The notes: a model not told the origin generated them from the sequence alone. Positions 1 to 9,273 are shown, numbered from the stretch's first letter. The stretch is 64,000 nt of DNA from Patescibacteria group bacterium (GCA_028716665.1 JAQUPP010000001.1:192467-256466); one strand, 5' to 3'. Numbers and translations are program-made.

Positions 1-2820
1 TCTTATATTGACAGCGAAAAAATTGGTAAAGATTTTAATAAAGAGATTGAAGAATTATTAAACTCTTTAAATAAAGAGGATGCTTTTCCTAAACAGACAG
101 AAGGCGTCTCTCTTGATCAAAAACAAAAAGAAAAACTTAGCCAATCTCTGGGAATGCCTATGGAAGGCATTGAACAGACTTTAGTTAATCAAAAAAATCA
201 AATAGAAAATTTAACTATTCAAAAATTCAAAGAACAGAAAGAAAAATTAAGCCAATCCTTGGGGCTGCCTATTGAAATTATTGAACAGGTTTTAGTCAAT
301 CAAAAAAGTAAAATAGAAAACTTAGCCATTCAAAAATTTCAAGCCGAAAAATCTCAAAAAACTCCTCGCTGGAAAAAAACTCTTAAAACAGTAGGGAAAA
401 TGGGTCTTTATATAGGCGGTGGTATCGGGCTTAGTATTTTAACAGGCGGAATAGCAGCCGGAGCAGCTGTTGGCGGAGCAAGAATTATTGAAACATTGAT
501 TAGTGGTAAGATAAAAAGAAAAGAAGATGAAGAAGCCCGAAAGAAAATGCAAGAATTTTTAATTTCTGATTCAGAAGAGGCAAAAACTCTTAAAGAAGAT
601 TTGCAAAAAAATATTTTAGCCGAACTCGCCGTGGCTAAACAACAGCAAGTTGAAGGAAAGGAAAAAGAGACCTCCCAGCTCGGCCAAGAGATTCAAAAAG
701 CTGAAGAAGCTTATACCGGGGGGAAAATTAAAAAGGAAGATCTGAAAACTCTTTACGGACACCAGAAAGACATTTATAAAGATTCAATGAGAAAGTATTT
801 TGAAGAAAGGGGCGAGGGCTTGTCTGGCGAAGAAATGGAAGAAAGAGTCCAGTTGGCCGCTTCTTTAATGGAAATGGATAATAACCAAAAAATTCTAGAA
901 ATGGAATTTAGCGCTAAAAATAAAGGATTTTTCACGAAAGCCCAAAATAAAATGGGAGAAATTTTAGCTCCTCTAGCCGGCGGAAAAACGGAAAAAGAAA
1001 AATTAGTTACGGCCGGTGTTTTTGCCTTTGCCGGTATCTTAGCTAGAACTTGTCCGGTGGTAAGAAATATAATGATGGGTTATGCCGGAATGAAAGTCGG
1101 AGAAGTAGCGGCCTCGGTAATTATAAGAAAGGCGAAAAGATTTGAAATTTTAAAAAGAATTTCTGCCGCTGAATTATTGCCTGAAGTAGATGAAAAAACG
1201 CTCAATTTAGCTAAAACTCAACTTTTAGACCAAGAATTTAAAAAAGAAGATCCTTCCGAATACGCCAAACTTAAAGAGAGAATTTTCGCTATTGAGAAAA
1301 CCAAAATTGAAGAGTCAACTGATTATATTAATAAGGCTAATGAAAAAATGGAAGAAACGGTTAAAGAAAAAATGTCCAAGGAAAAACAGGCTAAAATATT
1401 AAAATGGACGGGAAGAATAGGCGGTTTCGCAGCTGGATTTTTCGCCGGAGAAGCTTTATCAAACCTAAAAAATGAAGAAGCTCATGCAGAAACAAAACAT
1501 TTAGAAACCAAACCAGAAACAATAGTGATAAAACCCGAAGTTTCTCATACCCCAGAGATAAGTAATATAGAAACGGTTGCCAAAGGAGACAATATTTGGA
1601 AATTAGTGGAACGGCAGTTGGAGAAAAGAGGTTTACTTGAGAATTTAGATCAGTCTCAAAAAGATTATATGATTGATTCCTTAAAAGATAAAGTGGTGGC
1701 TAATCCGGAAGATTTTGGTCTTAAAAGCGCAGATCTTATCAATCCTGGTCAGACGATTGATTTTTCTGAAATTTTTAAAGACTCATCTGCTCTCAATACT
1801 CTTCACGAAGCAAGTAAAAATATTTCAGAAGAGGCCTCAAAACATATTGCTGAAAATAGCGAATTTATTAATAATATTTTACATACGCCGGTTGATAAAG
1901 TTTCAGATGAAGATTTACATAAAGCTATAAATATAATGGGCGGAGAAAGACAAGCCGGTTCAGGCATAACACATCCGGACATAACACATGAAGAATTAGT
2001 CAAAAAACTTAATGAAAATTTAAGAATTCGCGATTTTGATGAAGCTTTGCGTCATAAGTCACAATCTTCAGATAGTATAGTTCATACGGAGGCCGCACAG
2101 GGAGTTCATAATATTATTGAACCAACCCCAGTTTCTCATTCAGAAACAGTTACTAATGTTCCCTCGGATTCGACTCATGAAACTACTATAGTTGGAGCAA
2201 CAGAACATGTCAAAACTATCCCCGTAGAAAAAGCAACTCCAGTAGAGTCAGAAGCAGCGCACCATGCAGCCGCGCCAAAATCTCCAGAAATTAAAGATAC
2301 AGTTTCAACACAGGAAGTAGCAGAAGGGGCTAAAGTTGTTTCCTTAGAACAAGCTACCGCAGAGCATCCCTTGATTGTTGAAGGAGCAAAGATTTTTCAA
2401 AGAGATGGAAAATTAATTGTTAACCCAGATTTCGGGCCTGCAGCAATTTTTTCGGGAGATACTCTAAAACCTGATTTGCAATTTGATGGACCAACCGTGT
2501 TTGCTGTTTTAACCGGAGAAGAAAACAAATGGCTGGTTGAAAATCACATAGCTAATCTTGACAGCCTAGTTCAGGAAAAAGGACGAGATATAACACTAGA
2601 AAGAGAGGTATTGGGAACAACCTTTAATGTAGTACGAAATTTTGATAATATCTATGAAGCTTTAAAAGAAGCCAATTTAGGGAACACTTGGCAAGCAGAA
2701 ATTGTTCGGAGATACGTAAACGGACTTATTCAACCATGGATAGATAAGTACGGTGTTGATGGGGCTGAGAAAATTTTTCAAAAAGATATTTTAAAAGAAT
2801 ATAATTTAATTGAACAATAA
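1..2820 (+). CDS. Large membrane-associated protein with LysM-like domain (5'-truncated by window edge)
   Basis: Frame is open from base 1. Tandem 37-aa repeat (QKEKLSQSLG...IQKF), Gly-rich hydrophobic segments, LysM-like 'TVAKGDNIW...ADLINPGQTI'. Confidence 0.7.
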   Translation, partial: SYIDSEKIGKDFNKEIEELLNSLNKEDAFPKQTEGVSLDQKQKEKLSQSLGMPMEGIEQTLVNQKNQIENLTIQKFKEQKEKLSQSLGLPIEIIEQVLVNQKSKIENLAIQKFQAEKSQKTPRWKKTLKTVGKMGLYIGGGIGLSILTGGIAAGAAVGGARIIETLISGKIKRKEDEEARKKMQEFLISDSEEAKTLKEDLQKNILAELAVAKQQQVEGKEKETSQLGQEIQKAEEAYTGGKIKKEDLKTLYGHQKDIYKDSMRKYFEERGEGLSGEEMEERVQLAASLMEMDNNQKILEMEFSAKNKGFFTKAQNKMGEILAPLAGGKTEKEKLVTAGVFAFAGILARTCPVVRNIMMGYAGMKVGEVAASVIIRKAKRFEILKRISAAELLPEVDEKTLNLAKTQLLDQEFKKEDPSEYAKLKERIFAIEKTKIEESTDYINKANEKMEETVKEKMSKEKQAKILKWTGRIGGFAAGFFAGEALSNLKNEEAHAETKHLETKPETIVIKPEVSHTPEISNIETVAKGDNIWKLVERQLEKRGLLENLDQSQKDYMIDSLKDKVVANPEDFGLKSADLINPGQTIDFSEIFKDSSALNTLHEASKNISEEASKHIAENSEFINNILHTPVDKVSDEDLHKAINIMGGERQAGSGITHPDITHEELVKKLNENLRIRDFDEALRHKSQSSDSIVHTEAAQGVHNIIEPTPVSHSETVTNVPSDSTHETTIVGATEHVKTIPVEKATPVESEAAHHAAAPKSPEIKDTVSTQEVAEGAKVVSLEQATAEHPLIVEGAKIFQRDGKLIVNPDFGPAAIFSGDTLKPDLQFDGPTVFAVLTGEENKWLVENHIANLDSLVQEKGRDITLEREVLGTTFNVVRNFDNIYEALKEANLGNTWQAEIVRRYVNGLIQPWIDKYGVDGAEKIFQKDILKEYNLIEQ

Positions 2821-2838
2821 AAATTTAATTTTAAATTT

Positions 2839-3153
2839 ATGCCAGAAGAAAATCCAATCAAAAATTTTGTTGACGAACTCGTGCGTCAAGCTGAAATTAA
2901 TTTGCCGCCGGAGGAGATAGATCTCTACAAAGACAAATTAATAGAACAGGTTGAACGTCGATTAGGTTTGACCTCTCTTAACTATTTGGATGAAAAAGGA
3001 TTAGCTGAATATGAGAAAATAATGGATAAAAATCCTGCCTCCGAAGAACTGCAAAATTTTTTCTCTTCTCATATAGAGAATTATCAAGAAAAAATGACTA
3101 AAACACTCGGAGAATTTTCTCAAGAATATTTTGCTTCCTTGAACAGATCTTAG
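2839..3153 (+). CDS. DUF5663-like small acidic helical protein
   Basis: 104-aa ORF resembling the Patescibacteria DUF5663 family (recognised by eye). Confidence 0.6.
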   Translation: MPEENPIKNFVDELVRQAEINLPPEEIDLYKDKLIEQVERRLGLTSLNYLDEKGLAEYEKIMDKNPASEELQNFFSSHIENYQEKMTKTLGEFSQEYFASLNRS

Positions 3154-3173
3154 ATAATATTTTTACCGTGCGA

Positions 3174-3209
3174 CAGAAAAACCCTGCGGTTTGCCGCAGG
3201 GTTTTTCTG
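3174..3209. terminator. Bidirectional intrinsic terminator
   Basis: cagaaaaaccctgcgg-tttg-ccgcagggtttttctg hairpin. Confidence 0.8.
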
Positions 3210-3381
3210 TTTGAGAAAATAAAAATTATTCAGGAAGAAAATTTGAACCAAGCGATAAAAGTGGTTTTGGGATAGACAAAAAATTTGACAGAACCCCTAT
3301 AACTCTATTGGTAGGTGAAACCTACCACTTAACTAGAAAATGGCCATTGACAATTGGGCCATTTTATGATAATATAAATAT

Positions 3382-3690
3382 ATGGCTGAAACACAAACAA
3401 ACGTGCAGACCTTTACTGAAACCATTGCCCAGAAGCGGAAATTAGAGAAAATTATTATTTCTTCATTACTTGACGAGGAGGATAAAAAACTTTGGTTTCA
3501 GCTAATTCATCAACTTAATTTAGAACAAGTTGATATTTTTATTGATTTAATTCAGAATAGCCCGGACAATCTCAATAAATTAACCGCGAATTTAAAAGAG
3601 AAAATAAAAATAATTGCTTCCGGAAATCAGGAATCCATCCAATCTCTTCTTAATGAAGAAGAGAAAATGATTGAGTCGCTGGGCGGCTAA
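3382..3690 (+). CDS. Hypothetical protein
   Basis: 102-aa ORF. TTGACA..TG-ATAAT promoter-like sequence directly upstream. Confidence 0.7.
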   Translation: MAETQTNVQTFTETIAQKRKLEKIIISSLLDEEDKKLWFQLIHQLNLEQVDIFIDLIQNSPDNLNKLTANLKEKIKIIASGNQESIQSLLNEEEKMIESLGG

Positions 3691-3711
3691 GATTTATAAA
3701 TAAATTTTAAT

Positions 3712-4596
3712 ATGTCAAATTTTGAACGACAATTTGAACCAGGATCGCAATTTCCGGAGAAAAAAGAATTTAAATCAGATATTACTGCTCAGATTCAAGA
3801 TGGTGAAGAAAGGTTTTCTAATAAATTTTCCAATGCTCCTCGCATAATTGGAAAGTTTATTTATGGTTTAGCTATTTTAACTACTTTTGCCGCTGGCGAA
3901 CCGGCGTTTGCTGCTCAAAAAGAACAAGTTCAACAAACTCAGCAAGAACAAGTAGCGCCTGTCAGTGGAGAACAAATGACCGAACAAGAAAAAGAAACAC
4001 AAAAACATCTTGAGTATTACCAGGAAATCCAAAAAGATTTTAATACAGCTATGGATTCTGCAGATGCCGGAAATAAAAAATTAATGGAGGAATATTTTTT
4101 TGATATTTCAAAAAAAGAACCGAAGGAAGGAATTGGAAAATTTCTTAAAGATGAGCAAATAAAACTTACCTATCAAAATATTTATCCAGCTAAAGTAAAA
4201 TATCTTTCCAATGGTGATGAAATTCAATTTTGGGTTGATCAAGAAGGATTTATTAAAGATAATATAAGATATACATCATTTCCTCCAATGATAGGAAGTG
4301 GTATTATCAATTCCTATAAATTTGTTGAGTTTATGAATGAGCGACATCCTGATAATGCGCCTCCAAGTGATATGACACCATCGCAAAGGATAGAACAGGA
4401 TAGAAAAAATTTAGAGAATGCAATTGATGAAATTAAATTTTACTTACTGGTTTATAAAGAAATAGACAATAATATAGAAGAAGAATATGCGCGTCAAAGA
4501 CTGATTGAGAAGGTAGAAAAGATAACAGCTGATTATGGTCAAGAGGTTTTTCAAGATGGTTTTTGGCAAGAATATCAAAAAATTGTCGGTAAATAA
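3712..4596 (+). CDS. Hypothetical exported/membrane-anchored protein
   Basis: Charged N-terminus, then hydrophobic segment ending AFAAQ, then Q-rich linker. Confidence 0.7.
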   Translation: MSNFERQFEPGSQFPEKKEFKSDITAQIQDGEERFSNKFSNAPRIIGKFIYGLAILTTFAAGEPAFAAQKEQVQQTQQEQVAPVSGEQMTEQEKETQKHLEYYQEIQKDFNTAMDSADAGNKKLMEEYFFDISKKEPKEGIGKFLKDEQIKLTYQNIYPAKVKYLSNGDEIQFWVDQEGFIKDNIRYTSFPPMIGSGIINSYKFVEFMNERHPDNAPPSDMTPSQRIEQDRKNLENAIDEIKFYLLVYKEIDNNIEEEYARQRLIEKVEKITADYGQEVFQDGFWQEYQKIVGK

Positions 4597-4653
4597 AGTG
4601 ATATATAATCAATTAAAAGATTGTTTTTCAAACAATCTCAATGAGGTGAATAT

Positions 4654-4935
4654 ATGAGTGATATAGAACAAGAAGGAGAATTTAATTCCGACGATTCACA
4701 AAATAAAAAAACAGAACTAACTGAGGAAGAAAAATATAGATTAAATGAACTTAGAAATGACCCCGGCGTTGAGCAATATATTAAACTTAAAAATTCTACA
4801 AGTAATATAGAAGGTAAATTTGCAGTAGTGGATACTGGATTTGAAATAGCCCGACAATTATTATTCCGAGAAAATCCTGGTTTAGAAGAAAGAGTAATAG
4901 AATTAGAGGGACTAGAAAGAAAAAATCAAAATTGA
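4654..4935 (+). CDS. Hypothetical acidic protein
   Basis: 93-aa ORF with GAGGTG SD; leader shared with the gene at 41670. Confidence 0.65.
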   Translation: MSDIEQEGEFNSDDSQNKKTELTEEEKYRLNELRNDPGVEQYIKLKNSTSNIEGKFAVVDTGFEIARQLLFRENPGLEERVIELEGLERKNQN

Positions 4936-4942
4936 TATTTAA

Positions 4943-4980
4943 ATAAAAAAAAGACTTGTTAAACAAGTCTTTTTTTTATT
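4943..4980. terminator. Bidirectional terminator between convergent genes
   Basis: A-run, gacttgtt-aa-acaagtc, T-run. Confidence 0.75.
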
Positions 4981-4990
4981 TATCAATTAT

Positions 4991-7636
4991 TTACTCCAAA
5001 TGAGCTGTTTGAGCAAACTGGCTTATTTTATTTTGCAGCAAAGGATAAGTTTTTAAACTGTTATCTTTGTTGAAAACTTTATCAGCCGCTTCTTGAGCTT
5101 CTTTTAAAATAACAACATCGGAAAGTCGGGCAATTTTCAAGTCAGTGAAAAATCCGGCTTGGCTGGTGCCAAAAACTTCTCCCGGTCCGCGCATTTCCAA
5201 ATCCATTTCCGCTAATTCAAAGCCATTTTGAGCGGTAATTAGAGCTTTTAATCTTTGTTTTGCTTTTTCGCCTTCATTTTCCAAAAATAGAAAACAGTGA
5301 GATTGATGTTCGGCTCGGCCGATTCTGCCGCGCAATTGATAAAGCTGGGCCAGTCCGAATCTTTCTGCTCCTTCAACAATCATCACCGAAGCGTTTGGTA
5401 TGTCAATTCCGACTTCAATTACGGTCGTGGAAATTAAAATATTGATTTTATTTTGGTCGAATTTTTTCATTATCTCTTCTTTCTCTTTGGCTTTCATTCG
5501 GCCGTGGAGAAATCCCAAAGTTAAGTCAGGGAATATTTTTTCCGATAATTTTTTATATTCTTCTTTGACTGATTTTACGCCCAGTTGATCAGATTGGTCG
5601 ATTAAAGGGCAAATAACGAAGATTTGACGGCCATTTTTTATTTCTTCGCGGATAAATTTATAAATCTTTTCCGTTTCATCAGGTTTGACAATGCTGGTTA
5701 AAACTTTTTTTCTGCCCGGCGGCATTTCGTCAATAATGGATAAATCCAAATCGCCGTAAAGAGTCAAAGCGACTGAGCGGGGAATCGGGGTGGCGGTCAT
5801 TGATAAAAAATGCGGCATTAACGCGGACTTACACTGACTGGACGCTGACTTACGCGGACTTTCCATGTGATTTTTTTTATTGTCTGTGTCGGTCAGTGCT
5901 TCGTCTGTGTCAGTCTGTTTCATGTAGCCATGAATCGTTCTTTTTATTTGAATATCATCTTTCCCAAAATTGACTAATAACGCCAAATGATAATCGCTGC
6001 TTTTCAAATAATGCCAAATTTGTTCCGTTTCAAATTTACCGATAGAAGGCAAAGCTTTTATTTCCACAATTATTTTATCATCAACGATAAAATCCGGTCT
6101 GTAAGTGCCTATTTTTTCATTATCGTATTGGATATTTATAATTTTTTCTTTTTCAAATTTTATATTATTTTTTTTAAATTCTTTCTCAATTGCTTTTTGA
6201 TAGATATTTTCTTTATGGCCCAAACCAAGTTCTTTTTTAATTTTAAACATTATTCCCCTGATTTGATAAGTTAAATTTTCGTATAACAGATTATTATTTT
6301 TTTTGTCCGTATCAGTCCGTGTTATATCTGCGTTAGTCTGTGTAGATGTGTCTGTGTCTGTCCGTGTTTCGTCCGTGTTAGTCTGTGTCATGTCGGGATT
6401 GGACTTTGCCAGAAACGCGGCTCTTTGCGCTACGCCGAAACGGTGCTGTTCGTCAATAATCGTCATGGCCAAATTCTTGAATTTTACTTTTTCTTGAATT
6501 AAAGAATGAGTGCCGATAATCAATTTTATTTTTCCGGAAGATATTTCTTCATAAATTTTCACTTTTTTATTTTTTTCGTCCTTATTCGTTTTGATATTTT
6601 CACGAGTCAAAAGCCCGATTTTGAACGGGTAATCTTTCAGCAATTCGGTGATATTTTTAAAATGCTGCTCGGCCAAAATTTCAGTCGGAGCCATATAAGC
6701 CACTTGATAACCGTTTAAAAGAACGTTTAAAATGGCTAAAACGCCGACAATGGTTTTTCCGCTGCCTACGTCGCCTTCAAGAAGCCGGTTCATCGGCGCG
6801 CTTGTTTCCAAATTATTGATGATTTCCCAACTGGATTTTCTCTGGGCATCGGTTAGTTTGAAAGGCAAGTTGTCAACAAATTTTTTCGTTTCTTCCAATT
6901 TGAATTCAATTTTCGGCGCGACCAAACTTTTGATTTTTTGGCGGACCAATTGATTGCGGGTTTGAATTAAAAATAATTCGTCAAATTTCAAGCGGTGAGC
7001 GGCTCGTTCCAGCCATTCCCTGTTTTGCGGAAAATGAATTTGCTCCAAGGCAAAAGTAGTACTTGTTAAATTATATTTACTCCTTATTTCTCTGGGCAGC
7101 CAATCTTCAATATCTTGCGTCAAAGGAATGGTCTGGCGGATAAGATAGCGGATTTGTTTTTGGCTCAAATTGACCGTGGCGGGATAAATCGGCACTAATC
7201 GGCCGGTGTGGATCGGATCTTTGCTGTTTACGATTTCGTAGGACGGATTCAGAAATTGCATTCCGTAATAATCGTCAACATCTATTTTTCCGGCCAAATA
7301 AATTTCCAGTCCGGATCGTAAAATTTTTGTTAAAAAAGGCTGGTTGAACCAGACCACTTTAATAGAATCAGTTTTGTCGGAAATAATCGCCTCGGTAATA
7401 ACCATTTTTTTTCGCGGTGAACGGTGATTGGCGATTAAGCTGATTTTTCCTTTAATTGTGCCGGATTTTTTTGTTTTCAATTCGGCAATGGTTAAAATTT
7501 TGCTGTAATCGTCATAGCGAAAAGGAAAATGATACAGCAAATCCTCGGCCGTTTGAATTTTTAATTTTTCCAAACGGTTTAAGGTTGTTTTGCTCGCCGA
7601 AGTCAATTCACTTAATGGTGTTTTGAGACAAGGCAT
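4991..7636 (-). CDS. recG: ATP-dependent DNA helicase RecG with in-frame GxxExxY nuclease insertion
   Basis: GDVGSGKT, MAPTEILAEQH, DEQHRFGV, SMTATPIPRS, QLRGRIGR; ~190-aa insert between DEQH and TAT. Confidence 0.95.
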   Translation of the reverse strand: MPCLKTPLSELTSASKTTLNRLEKLKIQTAEDLLYHFPFRYDDYSKILTIAELKTKKSGTIKGKISLIANHRSPRKKMVITEAIISDKTDSIKVVWFNQPFLTKILRSGLEIYLAGKIDVDDYYGMQFLNPSYEIVNSKDPIHTGRLVPIYPATVNLSQKQIRYLIRQTIPLTQDIEDWLPREIRSKYNLTSTTFALEQIHFPQNREWLERAAHRLKFDELFLIQTRNQLVRQKIKSLVAPKIEFKLEETKKFVDNLPFKLTDAQRKSSWEIINNLETSAPMNRLLEGDVGSGKTIVGVLAILNVLLNGYQVAYMAPTEILAEQHFKNITELLKDYPFKIGLLTRENIKTNKDEKNKKVKIYEEISSGKIKLIIGTHSLIQEKVKFKNLAMTIIDEQHRFGVAQRAAFLAKSNPDMTQTNTDETRTDTDTSTQTNADITRTDTDKKNNNLLYENLTYQIRGIMFKIKKELGLGHKENIYQKAIEKEFKKNNIKFEKEKIINIQYDNEKIGTYRPDFIVDDKIIVEIKALPSIGKFETEQIWHYLKSSDYHLALLVNFGKDDIQIKRTIHGYMKQTDTDEALTDTDNKKNHMESPRKSASSQCKSALMPHFLSMTATPIPRSVALTLYGDLDLSIIDEMPPGRKKVLTSIVKPDETEKIYKFIREEIKNGRQIFVICPLIDQSDQLGVKSVKEEYKKLSEKIFPDLTLGFLHGRMKAKEKEEIMKKFDQNKINILISTTVIEVGIDIPNASVMIVEGAERFGLAQLYQLRGRIGRAEHQSHCFLFLENEGEKAKQRLKALITAQNGFELAEMDLEMRGPGEVFGTSQAGFFTDLKIARLSDVVILKEAQEAADKVFNKDNSLKTYPLLQNKISQFAQTAHLE
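5820..6395 (-). mobile_element. Repeat-flanked GxxExxY (PD-(D/E)XK family) nuclease module inserted in recG
   Basis: GHKENIY motif, RPDFIVDDKIIVEIKA, LLVNFG; flanking ACACAGAC/ACGGAC repeat arrays in inverted orientation. Confidence 0.8.
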
Positions 7637-7685
7637 AATTTCAAAATTATTATAATATTATAATACAAATTTGACTTTTTGGCAA

Positions 7686-7799
7686 GCCCTCACACCAAAC
7701 TTAACACCTGATTGGCATATTATCAAAATTAGAAGGCGAAGCCGCTTCGCTTTTATTTTTATCTATTAAGAAAGCTTTATGTTGAGTTTTGGTGTGGGG
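7686..7799. mobile_element. MITE-like element (~114 bp) abutting the recG -35 box
   Basis: Imperfect TIRs ccctcacaccaaacttaaca / tgttgagttttggtgtgggg; GCAA duplicated at 7682-7685 and 7800-7803. Confidence 0.65.
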
Positions 7800-7981
7800 G
7801 CAATAGGGTCAAACCCTTGATATTTATTAACCGAAATTAGAGGTTGACATTTAAAATTTTTTTGATAAAATAAAATAGTATTAAATCTGTTATCCTGTTC
7901 AAACCGGATGGTTGCGACGGACAATATGGTGGCGGTTTGTGAACCATTGACATTTCAGAAATTCTTTGATAAATTAGATTT

Positions 7982-8590
7982 ATGAAATTTTACGATCAAA
8001 AAGTTGTTCAAGAAGCAAGAAAAGAAAGAAAAAAGGGCTTATCAATCAGAGAAATAGAGAAAAAACTTAAAGTTCCCAATTTTACCATTTCTCGCTGGGT
8101 TAGAGACATTCCCTCTGACGCCAAAGCATTTAATTTAGCCAGACAGAAGGAAGAATTTTTGAAATCTGATTTGCGTAATTTATGCGACAATTTGAAAATC
8201 GATAAAAATCTTGCCAAAATTTTTGTCAGTTTATTATATTGGTGCGAGGGATCAAAATATCCATCCAGTAATTTTGTCGCTTTTTCCAATAGTGATTATA
8301 ACTTGGTTAAAGTATTTCTAGGGCTTTTAAGACGCGGTTTTGAAATTAATGAAGATAAAATCAGAATTCATTTGCAGCTTCATTCAACTCATTCTCCTAA
8401 AGAAATTACGGAATTTTGGAGTGATTTATTGGATGTGCCGACAACTCAATTTTATAAACCGACAATCACAAATCCGACAAATAGAATGAAAAGAATTGAT
8501 TATAGAGGGACATGTACAATTAAATATTTTGATGTTAAACTGTTATTAAAAATTATTGGTCTTTACGAAAGCTTAACTAAAAAGTTATAA
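7982..8590 (+). CDS. HTH plus LAGLIDADG-like protein, tRNA-adjacent
   Basis: N-terminal HTH (GLSIREIEKKLKVPNFTISRWV), LYWCEGSK helix, FSNSD, FWS..QFYKP, GTC motifs. Confidence 0.6.
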   Translation: MKFYDQKVVQEARKERKKGLSIREIEKKLKVPNFTISRWVRDIPSDAKAFNLARQKEEFLKSDLRNLCDNLKIDKNLAKIFVSLLYWCEGSKYPSSNFVAFSNSDYNLVKVFLGLLRRGFEINEDKIRIHLQLHSTHSPKEITEFWSDLLDVPTTQFYKPTITNPTNRMKRIDYRGTCTIKYFDVKLLLKIIGLYESLTKKL

Positions 8591-8605
8591 AATAATTTGA
8601 TTTAT

Positions 8606-8696
8606 GGAAGGATGGCCGAGTGGTTTAAGGCGGAGGTTTGCTAAACCTCTGTACGGGTTTTAATCCGTACCGTGGGTTCAAATCCCACTCCTTCCG
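8606..8696 (+). tRNA. tRNA-Ser(GCT)
   Basis: Cloverleaf; gaggt-ttGCTaa-acctc anticodon arm, long variable arm, GGTTCAAATCC; CCA not encoded. Confidence 0.95.
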
Positions 8697-8772
8697 TTTT
8701 TAAACGGAAGTGTAGTTATTTGAAATACCCTGTTTAAAAATAGGGTATTCTGGTTTTGTTTTAAATAGATAT

Positions 8773-8819
8773 GGAGAGGTGGCTTCGGCCCGAGGCCGAC
8801 CAGCCTTGGGCTGGGAGCG
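8773..8819 (+). repeat. Copy of tRNA-Ser(TGA) nt 1-17 interrupted by a 30-nt twin hairpin
   Basis: ggagaggtggct|tcggcccgaggccga ccagccttgggctgg|gagcg versus tRNA ggagaggtggctgagcg. Confidence 0.85.
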
Positions 8820-8828
8820 ATATTTTTT

Positions 8829-9086
8829 ATGTATTACGTTTATATTCTAAAAAGTAAAAAGAATAGTAAGCTATATAAAGGATTTACTAACGATTTAAAA
8901 AGAAGAATTAAAGAGCATAACTCCGGTAAATCTGTTTTTACTAAAAATAATGGACCATGGAGTTTAATTTATTACGAGTGTTTTCTCTCAAAAATTGACG
9001 CGGAAAAAGAAGAATTATTTTTAAAGTCAGGGAAAGGTAAAGAGAGAATAAAGTTCTTACTAAAAGATACATTGGAAAAAATATAA
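8829..9086 (+). CDS. Small GIY-YIG endonuclease
   Basis: YVYILKS..LYKGFTNDLKRRIKEHN..E..LK motif set. Confidence 0.9.
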   Translation: MYYVYILKSKKNSKLYKGFTNDLKRRIKEHNSGKSVFTKNNGPWSLIYYECFLSKIDAEKEELFLKSGKGKERIKFLLKDTLEKI

Positions 9087-9095
9087 AATAAACAT

Positions 9096-9182
9096 GGAGA
9101 GGTGGCTGAGCGGTCGAAAGCGACAGTCTTGAAAACTGTTAGGGCAGTAATGTCCTCGTGGGTTCGAATCCCACCCTCTCCG
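9096..9182 (+). tRNA. tRNA-Ser(TGA)
   Basis: acagt-ctTGAaa-actgt anticodon arm, long variable arm, GGTTCGAATCC. Confidence 0.95.
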
Positions 9183-9273
9183 TACTTCGACAAGCTCAGT
9201 ACTTTTACTTCGAGCCACAGCAGTGGCGAGAAGCGAATTCACCCTCTCCATCAATTTTTGGTATAATTTTTAT

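Noticed and set aside
5820-6395. Intein in RecG
   Set aside because: No Cys/Ser-start block or His-Asn terminus; the domain is GxxExxY.
8773-9182. Group I intron splitting a tRNA
   Set aside because: The downstream tRNA is complete by itself and no intron core is visible.
8972-9254. Minus-strand ORFs over tRNA-Ser (also 18957-19160 over tRNA-Arg)
   Set aside because: Typical antisense-tRNA shadow translations.
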